From NCBI GenBank assembly GCA_027923505.1, contig BROI01000003.1:1178001-1242000 (forward strand): a stretch of DNA of 64,000 bases, in the 5' to 3' direction. Position numbers and translations under genes: made by a program. Origin of the DNA: Mayamaea pseudoterrestris (lineage: Eukaryota). Positions 36,365 through 47,969 of this stretch are shown here, piece after piece. The notes under the pieces are model-generated. The model was not told where the DNA came from. It worked only from the letters and a program-made list of their open reading frames with translations, and made no database searches. How positions within the stretch are numbered: the stretch's first letter is position 1; each line of letters starts with the position of its first letter.

Positions 36365-36998
36365 GGTGACAAACAATTATTGGTGAAAAGTTGGCCACCG
36401 AGGCTGTGGTTTGTGCTTGGAATGAGGAAGGATCTTCTGTGGCCCGCCATGGCCGATGATGTTGGAAAAGGGGCACTATTCGTAGACCCTTCGGGCATAT
36501 TGATGAAACTAAAATATCCCCGCCAGGCTTATGTAAATAACTTCAGTATCCCTATCAGGCTCATTATATTTTGTTATGCCTTCGGAAGCATTCGTCACAG
36601 TATCGATTTGAGAGTGAACATCAACATACGGTTCGTGGCATAATTGTTTAAATCAATCGTACCGGTACCCAATGTTCCGCCGGATTCATTTTTTTACGGT
36701 CGCTCCACCATGACACGCACAATTATCCGTGGACACTGTTCACAGCTCCTGCCCTCATCTGCAGGCCTTCAACGTGTCTTGGGTTCTAGATAAGAATTAA
36801 TACGTGAAATTAAGTAGCACATTTCCCCATCATTGCCGCGATAGAGTCAGCAGGCGTGGCAGACGCATCGAGCGATTCATCACACACCTCGAGCCACAGT
36901 TTTGAAGTTGATACACAAAGCACCCGCCTTACCTTAGCGCCTATAACAAAGACAAGGAGAGATATTGACCGACAAACAGCTTGCTCTGCAATTTTACC

Positions 36999-39900
36999 AT
37001 GTCTTCATCTGCATCATCATCATTCTACGCCAGCATGCGAGCGTCCGTCGACAACACATCCAACGCGACGGAGTCGCGCGTGCAGGTCAACCAGCGCGCC
37101 CTCATCGACAAGATCTTGGCGCGGTACGCCAGCGCCGGCGCCGTCTATCGAGAGTTGCTGCAGAATAGTAACGACGCGGAAGCAACGACGGCGGAAATTT
37201 GCTTCACAACAATCAGTGCAGCTACGAATGGCAAGGCGGCGGCGAATGGCAAGACGAATGTTGTAGCTGCTTCCAGCAACTCTAAAAGCAATACGGTCAC
37301 GCAAGTTGTCTATAGAAATAATGGCATGCCTTTTCGAGAAGAGGACTGGGACGTAAGTAAATTGAATTAGCGCCATGGAGTTTGCATGACGAAACCAGCA
37401 CAATTGCTGCTCATCAGTCTGCGCATCCGGTGCCGCACCAGTTCATTGCAGCTCGTAACTGACTTTTCCCCCTTTCTAGCGCCTCAAAGACATTGCAGCC
37501 GGAAACCCCGATCCATCCAAGGTTGGAGCCTTTGGAGTTGGGGCATATACAATGTTTTCCATTTGCGAAGAACCGCTAGTCATTAGCGGCAAACACGCCT
37601 TATGCTTCTTTTGGAAGGGAGATGCGCTCTGGACGAGAATGGCAGATGCATCCACGCATGCAAGCACAATTAATAATGCTGACAATTCACAGTGGACTTC
37701 CTTTGTCTTGCCGTCGCGCGATAAATACGGCTTGCCGAACATGGAGGAGTTTGGAGAGTTCTTGTGTGCATCGCTCACCTTTACGAAACATTTGAAATTG
37801 ATTCGAGTTCTTGTCAATGACGTTGAACGACTATGCATTGTCAAGACGCTTGTGCAGGAGCCACGACTGATTGCTGCGCCCAAGACTTCGTCAAACACAG
37901 TGAGCAGTTGGTTTAGTCGGCGGAACGATGATGCTGTCACATCTACGGGGCTCTTTACGCTCGCGTCGAATTCCATCATGGAGTTTGTGTATCGCATCAC
38001 TGTCACACATACGCCTGGAAGCAGCAGTCGCAAAATTGGAGAGTCAGCGTCAACGTCGTCGCTCGATGCTCGCTATATTTCAGCCACTGCAACGACGCAT
38101 ATCAAGGCGGACATGGCCAAGCGCATGGAGCGTGTCACAAAAAAGCAGCCTCCATCCTCACTTACAGTTCAGTTGTTTCTGAACGCCGATGGAACGCCGC
38201 CGACAGGCAAAGATGTTTCAGTGGCTGACCGCATTACTCAATCCTTTTCGCCACAACCCGGCAAGGGGCGCATCTTTATCGGATTTCGCACTTCTCAAAC
38301 GACTGGACTGGGTGCGCACGTGGCGGCTCCATTTGTGCCAACGGTGGAACGGGAAGCCATGGATCTTCAGGACGCAAGTTTGCGGTCGTTCAACTCGGAA
38401 CTACTGGAGTTTGCCGGCATGCTCATGCGGTTTACACTCGAAGATACCATGTTTAATATGATTGACGCGGCGTGGCAGCAAAACAAAGCGCAGCGAGTAA
38501 TGATGCAAGCGAGTCTGCGAAAGGAACAAGCCAGTACAGGCAAAGCGTCGCTTGTCAAGGCGTCGATGTCGGCCCATCAGAACGAAGCGAAAGAAGACAA
38601 TGAGTTTGACGGTGACGTCGCTGCTGAACCAGCTTCTCTTGCTGGTTCTGGGATCATGGGTTTCGCTAAGTTCATGGCAAGGTACGTTGGTCTGACAATA
38701 GTGTGGAGAATTAAATTCTCGGTCTCTTAGTGACTTGAGTGCTCATGATCTTTTTGTTCGAACAGGGGCGTTAAGAAGAAGATTGTTTCAGTTGTCAATA
38801 CAGTCGAAGATATGTTGATTGATGATGCTGCAGAGTACCTGAAACCTATTGATGCAGCGCCTATTTTCGAGGAAGAGAAACAGGCAGTCGTTCTCATGCG
38901 CGCTTTTTGTCCGGAGCAATCCACGCCAGATGCTACGGTAGGGATGTGCATCGCGGAAGGCTTTTCGAAGTGCGTCCCTGACGTTCCACCAGTTTTGACA
39001 ACGAGCGGTGTCGTCAAAGGTAATCAGGCACGGTTGCCAAATAAAGGCATCGAATCTTTCGTGGAAGAAGGCGTTGTGCGACGGGTTGTTTACGTCAATG
39101 CCCAAGAATATCATACAGTAATTGCGAATGTTCGGGAATTGCAATTGGACGATTTGCTGCATTCTCTCTATTCGAGCACGCTGGAAAAAGATAAGCTAGT
39201 TTTCTTTCTCAAATGGTGGAGTAAGTACGCACGCGCTGATCTTCGGGGTGCACAGAACTATGGGTTGGTGATCAAGGATGCCGTCAAGTATTTCCCAGTC
39301 GATTCCTCAACCACCGAGGCGGAGCGATCAGCGATTCGGCTGAAGGATATTCTTTTTTACGTTGAAAAGGGTTCGGCACTTTCGAAGCAAGGTCTGCCTT
39401 TGCCCGAAAGTGCGATAGACCCAGCCCTGGCGAAGGCCTTAGGCGAGTCGGTTTTAACGGATTCCTCGATGCGAGAATGGTTTTCGCCGCTTCCCATTGA
39501 AGTCTGGGCCTCCTTTGTTGCGGAGCTTCCTCTGATGTCAAACGAGGACCCAAAGGACGACCAACTCCGAATTGACATCATGTGCGTTCTCTGCAAGGAG
39601 TATTCTTCGCGCTCTGTTACTGAGAAAATCACTTTTGGAAGCTTTTTGGCGAGTCTGTTTGGAAACAGAAAGTGTCTATCGTTTGACGATGCGTCGAGTT
39701 CGGAGCGAGGAAGTGTAGCAGTTCCTTCCGATCTTTACATTTTTTCTGCCGAGCTTGAGGCTTTTGAAGCGATCGGGACATTTTACAAGGTGTCGGACAA
39801 GCTGAAAGTTGCGGGAATAAGCGAAGATTTTCTTTTGGCTATTGGCGTTCGCAAGTCGGTGTCGATTGATTTCTTATTTGCTTCTTTGGAGACGCTGCGT

Positions 39901-42900
39901 TGGAGCAGGGACCCAAAGCCTTTAATTGAATATCTTCGATCTGCAACTCTTACACAGAAAGATCTTCGAAAACTCCAGCAAACAAAGTACTTGCCATCCG
40001 CGACGGCTGGAAATGAAACGTTTACACCCTCGCAGCTATTTTTGCCTAACCTGGAGCTTCGTATGTTCCCATTTGTTCGGGTGCTACAGTGGCCGTCGGA
40101 GGAAGAACTCTCGGAACGCTCTGAAAATGGTGCATTTTTGATGAAACTGGGCATGAATACAATGCCCTCACTGCTGACAATTCTCGACTACGCGTCGTCG
40201 CAGAAGTTGGACGAGGAGGCGAGAATCAAAGTACTTGATTTCATCGCTGCTCGCTTGGGTCCCGGAGGAATTTACCAAGCTCAGTACACGCGCATGGATG
40301 TGAAGACGAAGGCAGGCTGTCGGATTCTACCTTGTGTTGTCAAGAAGACTTTCGGCGACGTGAGCGACTACATGTCGGAGCTGCATTCGCCCCTGACATG
40401 CTACTCTGTTCCAGCTTGTATCGACATTGGCGTTCCAGTGCTTGACCCAGCACTTGGGGATCGAGCCACACATTTTGCGAGTGTGTTTCATTGCCCGTCG
40501 GAACCGGAGGCTGACGTTGTTTTGGAACGTTTCGTACAATTTGTTGATGTCGCTCAACAACTGCAAAGAAAAGGCGGCAGTGACGCTGAACGGAAATTGC
40601 TATCGGACAAGATTGAAGGACAAGTTAGCGTATGGTACCAATACCTTTCACATCGGGCCTCAGATTTTGGCAAAGGAGCACTTGATGCCTTGCGGAAGAG
40701 AGATATCGTTTCCTGCAGAGCAAACGACTTCATCGGCTGGTTTCGTGCAGATCAGGTCTTCTTCCGCAAAGATGACGGTCAGGGTTATTCAATCACGGAA
40801 GAATTATTTCATATTGTCGCCTTTAATCCTTTTCTGGCGACTCTGGGAGGTAAGTAGCACAGATTTTCTGCCAAGACAAGCTTGTGCGACGTCATTCTCA
40901 TTCATTTCGGGCTGTCACAGTCAAACAAGAAGCATCGACAACGGATTTATTCCAGCTTGTGCTCGCCAACCCGCAACGAGTGCTGGACACTCTAGGATCT
41001 GAGGAAAAGTACCGCTTGCTTTTACGAAGAATTGCATCAAACCCTCCATTCGCTCACGTTACACCAGTCATTCGGGACTCTCCGTTTCTCCTCGCGAAGG
41101 CAGCTGAAAATATCAATGGCAGCGCAACGCCACCTGCGACTAAACAGCGGAACTATCAACTTCTAAAGGCGAGTGAAATTTATATCATTGACAATACGTT
41201 CTTAGCGCGAATGTTTCCTGTTGCCCGTGCACCCGCCGAGACGGACCTGGAAGAGTTTTACTCGTTGTTGGGCTCGCAATTCATCTCGACTGCAGTAGAA
41301 AGGAAGTTCGAAATCGTTGGACGACCGTCAAAAGACACAAACATCACCAAGACGCTAAAGGAACGAGTTTTCGCAAGAGGACCGCTTCTTGTTTCGCCTA
41401 GCATGACCACGCGCCCTCTTGTGCCACGCGCTGAATACATATTAAATGAAAAACGGTTTGAAGTGTACGAAGCGCCAAGCCTGTTGGCTGTGTACGCTTT
41501 GAATGGCATTGTTCGTCGCAAGCCCACGACTTGTTTCTCGAAACCCTCTTCGGCCTTTGGTATTGACGGAAACGCAATATATGTTTGTAAGGATTACGAC
41601 TGGTTTGACGTTGGTTGTAAGTAACTATTACATGTGTTCGGGCTTGCAACGGGGAAATTTCTCACGTTTTGCCATATTATAAATTCAACAGACGCAATCG
41701 GAGATTTAATTTTTAAACGATGCCAGCTAGAAGATGCTTTCTTCATCAGCTCGCTGTTGGAAGCTCCAATCGAGCAGCTTGCTGCACGTGGCTTTCCCGT
41801 CGAGAGAATTTTGAAGATCGAGTCTCCCGTGCGACCTGCAGCGCGCTCTCTTGCTCCTCCGACAGTGAAGCCAATTGCTCCTCCGACAGCTTTCCCTATT
41901 CCTCCTGCCTCTCAGCCGACGCCAACAATGGCAGAAATTCCATCGACGCCGAGTGACACTGTATCCAAGAGCAAACGACCCTATTCACCTAATTCTGAGC
42001 AAGTATTAAAAGAAGAAATGGCGAAATCACATGGCGAAGAATTTGATTTAAAATCAGACCCACCATCAGGCGGATTCACTGAGCAATTGTCGCAAATGTT
42101 TCCTGACATCGACAAAGACTACCTTTTAAATCGACTAGGCCCGGATCCCACAATGGATGAAGTGAACAGGTTCGCGGAAGAATTGGCCTCTGACAACTAT
42201 TTGAGGAATGACAGTGCGTCAGAGAGTGGAACAGTGGCTTCGTCGACAACGGCGCGAGATCAGACGGATGATGCAATGAATCAGGGTAGTCGAAAGGGCC
42301 TCCTACGACAGAAGCTAGGAAAAGCATTCAGAAGTCGCTTACCAAAGGGGCTGCAAGGAAGCGCAGGTGGAAATACTATATCTGGGCCTGCTGGGAATGA
42401 TGCTCGACCGCATCACGAACACCAAAAACCGGTACCGCATGTCGTGGATGCAAAATCGCACGAAAATCTTGGTCGCATGCTACAAAATGCAATTAATTCC
42501 TCAAGCCAAGTGAACATAGACGGTTTTCACAGTCACGATCAGCAATTGACATCGATTCCTCAAGGTCTTGACAGAGGAGAGACGTGCGAGTTGGTACCTG
42601 GCCATAGCATCAAGCCTTATTCCGGACCTCGAGGCACTGGTATGACGGCGAATGGTATTCGCATCTTTTCAGCTCGCGAATCCATGGAATCAGAAAGCTT
42701 CCTTTTGACGAATGACGGAGCCATTGAGAGCTTCGGAGTGGTGCTTGAGCGACTGTGTGGCATATTTGGGCTTTCGCGAACGTCGGTCGCCATATTCCAT
42801 GATCCGACTGGCGGCACCATTGCCTTTAACGCAGGAAAGGCTGTGCACTGCAATATACGATTCTTTTACAGTCTCTTCTACTCCAAAAATTTGCAAACGA

Positions 42901-43067
42901 GCAAAGATTGCTACTCATATTGGTTTGTGACTTTTGCCCATGAGTTGGCACATCATTTCGTGTCGGCGCACAACAAGGAGCATGGCTTCTACACGGAGAG
43001 CTTTGTTTCGACGTATCTGCCCAAACTTATTACGCTGCTGGCCAGTTTGGGCGAAGTAGATGCTTAA
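36999..43067 (+). CDS. Large sacsin/NOV-type GHKL ATPase protein (DUF3684-like) with CUE-like and C-terminal HExxH domains, about 5 exons
   Basis: VNQRALIDKILARY...RELLQNSND, NNG..F and IAAGNPDPSKVGAFGVG (GHKL motifs); GRIFIGFRTSQTTG...PTVERE; QLSQMFPD; GGTIAFN...YWFVTFAHELAHH. GT-AG introns near 37353, 38682, 40850 and 41617. Confidence 0.85.
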
Positions 43068-43336
43068 GATCACTTTTATTCTCAAAGCGCGGAAAGCTGC
43101 AGCCGTCATTAGGAAGCGGTGCTCCACAAATATGCAAATAGCGACTTCTAGATTTTTAGAACCCTGATTTGTTTATACTACAAATACGTAGTTTTCCCAT
43201 TCCGCTGCTCTTCTTAGCAGGTTAGCTAGTACAGCTTTGTTTATGTAGAACGTCCATGCTTCGTCATGCAAGGCGCGGAATGAAAAGGCACATACACGAT
43301 TCCTGGCGGAAGTGCATAATGATGCAACTACGCATT

Positions 43337-44290
43337 TTAGTATCTCATTTTCAAGGATCCAACAGAGCGACTTTCCGAATTCAGAATTGAAGAAAGGTTA
43401 AAGCTCATTTTGATTGCTTTCATGAGAGCAACTGCACCAGGCCCATACTGACGCTCCACATACTTCATCTTGCCATGTCCAATACCGTGCTCGCTAGAGC
43501 ATATTTCTCCAGCGGCCAACGTGCGTGCAATCATATTTTCATAAACATGATGCAGCTCTTCGTCAAGGTACTCGTCAGAGTCCGTGTCCAACAAGGGTAA
43601 TATAACGTGAAAAGGTGTCGTCTCCAGCATGCCCAAAGCAAGTTCCAACCACGCCGTGCTCTTTTCCGTCAAGGATAATTTCAATAATGACGCAGGCGAG
43701 TAGCAACAGTGACACACAAGCGTCCGTGACCATTGCGCGGGGCGACGAAACAGTAGAAGCGTCGATAAATTGTCACCATTGATCACTTATGTAGACAAAA
43801 GCAGCAGTGGGCTGAGTGCTGCTGCGCACGGCAATGCTGGCATGATTCAAGACGCGACGAGCCGACCAGAGTGTCTTTCGTTCCTCGGGTCTACTATAGC
43901 ACACTTTGAAATTGACTCCTTCATTTTCGTTGCTTGCACAAAGCGTGCGTCATGGCTACCTGCTCTTCCAAGGCAGCTGCGCTGCATCCGTGCAGCTCCA
44001 GAAACATGGTCGGCCAAGCATATAAAGGCATGTGGTGGATGACTACAGGTGTCGGCGTTGCATGCTTCGACGGTGACTGAATTATGGAGCAAAGCGCATC
44101 ACCACGACAGCGCGACTTGAGCGCGCGCGACTAAATGACTGGCCCAAAACAGACACTGCTACTGGCGTGCGCAGCTCTATGCAGACTTGGTCCAATTTGC
44201 AGACGGCCGGTTGCGGCGGGAATCGGATGCCATTTGACCAAGCTTGACACGTGTCCAATGGAGTGACAATGTTTGTCTGTTACCGTCACA
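43337..44290 (-). pseudogene. Degenerate FAD-linked D-lactate dehydrogenase
   Basis: TDACV...HGVVGTCFGHAGD in one frame shifts to FHVILP...SSEHGIGHGK...MKAIK...ILN in another frame. Upstream fragments (VKWHPIP, AVC, SLHRAA) are broken by frameshifts. Confidence 0.75.
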
Positions 44291-45369
44291 GCAACTTTAA
44301 AAAGCCGACAGCGGCTGGTAGGGTCGCCATGTCCATGTCGTTGATATAGCTCTTAAGAGTTGTAGTGAAACGAAACATGCAGAAGATGCTTTTTTAGTAC
44401 TAAATAGTCGTAGTGCTAATTAATGGTGTCGCGTGTCTTGTTTGTTGTTGATGTAGAACATGATGCGAATGATGAGGCACGCAGCTGATGTGCTGCCTTG
44501 CCGCAGATCTGGCAGTCGAACGAAAGAGTGCTTTCGACTCCGCAAAGTTGCTGCAATGAATTATAATAAACGTGATTTCATCATTTCTTTCTCCTATTCC
44601 TTTGTGCTTCCGTAACAGAGTCGTACGCCGGTTCAGTACGGTCTTTCATCGTTCATGGTCATGGGCGAGAGATTGATGATGTTGCTCTGACTGTCAAATC
44701 GCACCGGTTATGATTGAGAAACGGTAGGACAGGATCTTTCTTTGATCGGATCTCACGCCATTCGTCAATGCACGCAAGCGATAGTAAAGGTCTTTCACAC
44801 ATCCACTAACGCATTCCACTTCATGCCAAAATCCTGCCAAGCTCTATATGCAATGACACCTACAATCGTCAGCTTTTGCATATGCCCAGATCATACCTAG
44901 ACTACATCGAGGCCATGAATGAAAGGGTTTGCTTTTGCATGTGCATCATTTTTAAAGAACGCTGCGATAGAATAAAATGACACGGAGCGCCAAGCTATTG
45001 ACTCTTCGTTGCTTATTAGAATTCTATTCTTGCAAAAGAATGAAGCTGCTGCTACGGTAGGGCCTGTCCGGCGGGCAAAAAACACATTCGCGGGGCGGGG
45101 AGGTGGTAGGATCAATGGTTTTACATTGCCTGCAACGAACTTCTGCGCGCTCCGCGCGCACAAAGATTGCCAAACAGCAGACGCAGTATACTAAATCAAC
45201 TTGCCCGGGGTAGAGGGTGTCGCAGAACCACCGGCCATTTATGAGTCATTGGAGTAGACTACACGAACAAGTACGGCATGTCACACCAAGTTACACCCAT
45301 TAATGTCGTGTAGCATGTCCGGATATTATATCCTACCACAAATAGTGCAAGTATAAGAGTGTGACCAGG

Positions 45370-45570
45370 CAAAAAGGGCTCCCAGGCACTGTAGTGCACG
45401 ATATTAGCGGGCATCCCAGTACAGAGGACTCGCTTACGAAGCTTATTTCACGAATGTAACCCTTTCCAGCCCACCGCGACGACAGCGACGACAATGGGCC
45501 TAGGATGGGTCGACCCGAGAGCCTACTCCCTGCGCCGGCGCGTCCGCCGGCCCACTGAGCCACGGCTCAT
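45370..45570. ncRNA. Candidate structured ncRNA element A (unclassified)
   Basis: Dense hairpins at 45534-45551, 45469-45499, 45406-45434 and 45386-45397; a T5 run on the minus strand at 45371-45375; no credible ORF. Strand is ambiguous. Confidence 0.35.
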
Positions 45571-45821
45571 CCATGACTGCAGTGCGATCATTGGAGTGTT
45601 TTGAACTTTGCCAAGCTTCATCATAATGTCGTCAACGATCGTTGTTCAATGCTGACAAAAATGTTGCCGCACATGACTATTTAAATGATTTACAACTGCG
45701 GAAAGTAGCAGATGACACGGTTAAATGACATGGCGCTTGTTGACAATGAGTTGAGAGCCTGAGTGTTGTGTCATGTCGAGTCAACAGAGTATTCTACAGT
45801 ACTATGTATCTATAGTTCGGC

Positions 45822-46113
45822 AAAGGGTTAATTTATTTTCGCAAAAGCAAAAGGGCTCTTCCGCACTGACATGGTGTCGGAGTGGGAAGTATTGAGCGAG
45901 TCGAGTGCGCTATGGTAGCGCGTGACACTCGTGGTGCTTATCCTGGTGACAGGACCCTTCGAAATTCAGCCTGCTGATCGGCCTAGGGTGACGGGATGAT
46001 GTAATGGGGACTCGATCGTCCGACCACTCGCTCCGTGTGCTTCCTCAGCGCTTGCCGCGTATTGGTCCCGTAATGCAAACGTACGTGCGCTTGACCCTAT
46101 AGGTTGATCCTTT
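45822..46113 (+). ncRNA. Candidate structured ncRNA element B, about 290 nt (unclassified)
   Basis: A 14-bp terminal stem (45822-45835 with 46100-46113) contains four G-U pairs. Nested helices include further G-U pairs, and there is a GNRA-capped hairpin at 45941-45954. Confidence 0.55.
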
Positions 46114-46178
46114 AACCTTAAGCAAGTTTACGCGCCACTCGCTAAGCTTACTTGTACTTTGCCGGAGTAGAACTCTCT

Positions 46179-47333
46179 TTATTGCTTGCGTAAGACGCAA
46201 ACAAGTCGAAAGGCCTCCTCATCATTGTCGATAGTGACATCATCCTGCAGCGCTCCATGCATGGCAGCAACGGAAAAGCCAGTGCATCTTGCGAATAAGT
46301 CAATCTCTTGCGCCGTAAACAAGCGCAGTGGGACAATTTGGCGAATGCTGCTTGGTAAGTTGTGGTCGTTGGCAAGGTTGCTTTCCATGTTGCCGCCGCC
46401 ATTCTTGCGTTGCACATTGACAGTCGCTTGTCGGACCTGTCTAATCGGGTCAAACTCGTCGTCTTCGTCACCCCAGATGATCTGATACTCATCCTTGTCA
46501 TCGTCTGAGCTGTCGGAGGCATTGTCTTCCTCCTCTTCCTCCTCATCGTCGTCGTTGTCGTCTTCATCATATTCACCAGACAATGGAACAGTCCATTCGT
46601 TGCGCGTGCAGTCCACCATGCCAAATAGTTCGCGAGGATGAGGCAGCTCAAGGATTAACGTTCCACCTGGACGGAGCGCTTGATGGATGCAGGAAAAGCA
46701 GTCAATCACTTCCTGATTGGTTGTCAAGTGTTGCAGCGAGCCCAATAAGAGCCATGCCGTGTCAAATTGTGATGAAGAAGAAGATGAAGATATAGACGAT
46801 AAAGTCTTCATGTCAAACTTCCGCATGTCCGCCAAATGGTAGGCAAACCTTGACGAATCCTTGTCGCCACCTTGCTCCTCGTAGAGTTGCTGCGCATACG
46901 CCTTCATTTCCGACGACAAGTCAACGCAAGCGACAGACGCTACTTGGTCGTTTTGCAACGCTTCCAGAGCATGTCGCGCTGGACCAGCAGCAAGCTCCAA
47001 TACGTTCACGGTGTCAAAGCTACTCGACGAACAAGCGTCAACATGCGCCTGTAGCAGAAAGGAAACCTCCTCACCAAAGTCACGATAACCAAAGGCCAAG
47101 TCATACACGGCTGGATGAGAATAAATGGATTTTTGTTGATTGGTTGAGGTGGTGGCGGCGGCATCATTCGTTGACAAAGACAAGCGCGTGTCCGCCGTGT
47201 CCGTTGCACCAAAACGAGACGCCAGTCGCGTCGTAAAGGCGGCATTGCTGACCCATGCTCTAGTTGTAGTTGAAGTAGCAAGCAGCACCAGGAGTGCCAA
47301 CTTGGAGCGTAGCTGATGATTACGAGTCGTCAT
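46179..47333 (-). CDS. Class I SAM-dependent methyltransferase, likely plastid-targeted
   Basis: YDLAFGYRD, VLELAAGPARH, VDLS, ADMR and LRPGGTLILE motifs; signal peptide ending TRA-W. Confidence 0.85.
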   Translation of the reverse strand: MTTRNHQLRSKLALLVLLATSTTTRAWVSNAAFTTRLASRFGATDTADTRLSLSTNDAAATTSTNQQKSIYSHPAVYDLAFGYRDFGEEVSFLLQAHVDACSSSSFDTVNVLELAAGPARHALEALQNDQVASVACVDLSSEMKAYAQQLYEEQGGDKDSSRFAYHLADMRKFDMKTLSSISSSSSSSQFDTAWLLLGSLQHLTTNQEVIDCFSCIHQALRPGGTLILELPHPRELFGMVDCTRNEWTVPLSGEYDEDDNDDDEEEEEEDNASDSSDDDKDEYQIIWGDEDDEFDPIRQVRQATVNVQRKNGGGNMESNLANDHNLPSSIRQIVPLRLFTAQEIDLFARCTGFSVAAMHGALQDDVTIDNDEEAFRLVCVLRKQ

Positions 47334-47969
47334 GGCCGAACGCAGGAAGGATGATCGAAACGAAAAAGTGAGTGGTGCGCGACCGCCCGGCATCAATCAT
47401 GAGTACCGGACAGACAACACGAGAAAGATCAAGCTGCGCCAAAATTCCCTCCGACCCGACACGCGCGTTGTGGATCGGCGCGCTCGGAACATTATTTTCA
47501 AATCGAAATCGCGCATTCGCCGAGCAGTGCGCCGAGTGTCCCTCGTCGTCTCCATCAACCTATCCTTCAATACTACCTGCTTGGATTCTTTACAGAGACC
47601 TTTTGTTATCGAAAGAAGAAAGCGGTGAGAGACTTGTTGCATTTTTAGCTACACTTTGATCAGTAATTGAGGTGCGTGAGGAGTTTGAAGCGAACGCATG
47701 AAGCCAATCGCTCCGGAACGTTCCATGCACCTCGACGATCGGTTCCGTGTCTTTCCTTGCGTCAACACTTCAAACTCACACATGTTCCTTCGATCGTGAC
47801 AGCGAAATATTGGTGTGTACATTTTTCATCGTGCTTTTTCCACGCAGCGCATAGACGACTCAAACGGACGCTTTCGTCGCATATAGCAAGCCATTCAAAG
47901 TGATCATTGGGAGATACAATTACACTCGCGCAGCTCCTCCATAGTCTTACTACATTAGACAACTATACC

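Noticed and set aside
45870..45888. CA|TGGTGTCGGAGTGGGA resembling a tRNA-Leu primer-binding site of an LTR retrotransposon
   Set aside because: The match is imperfect, and no gag/pol ORF or second LTR is visible nearby.
45931..45990. TPP riboswitch-like words (GGTGCTT...ACCCTTCGAA...CTGATCGG)
   Set aside because: It lacks the invariant CTGAGA and the GCG/P5 elements, and no thiamine gene is adjacent.
45822..46113. Telomerase RNA, RNase P/MRP or SRP RNA identity for element B
   Set aside because: No 1.5x TTAGGG template, no convincing CR-I/CR-V P4 pair and no SRP helix-8 motif could be seen by eye.
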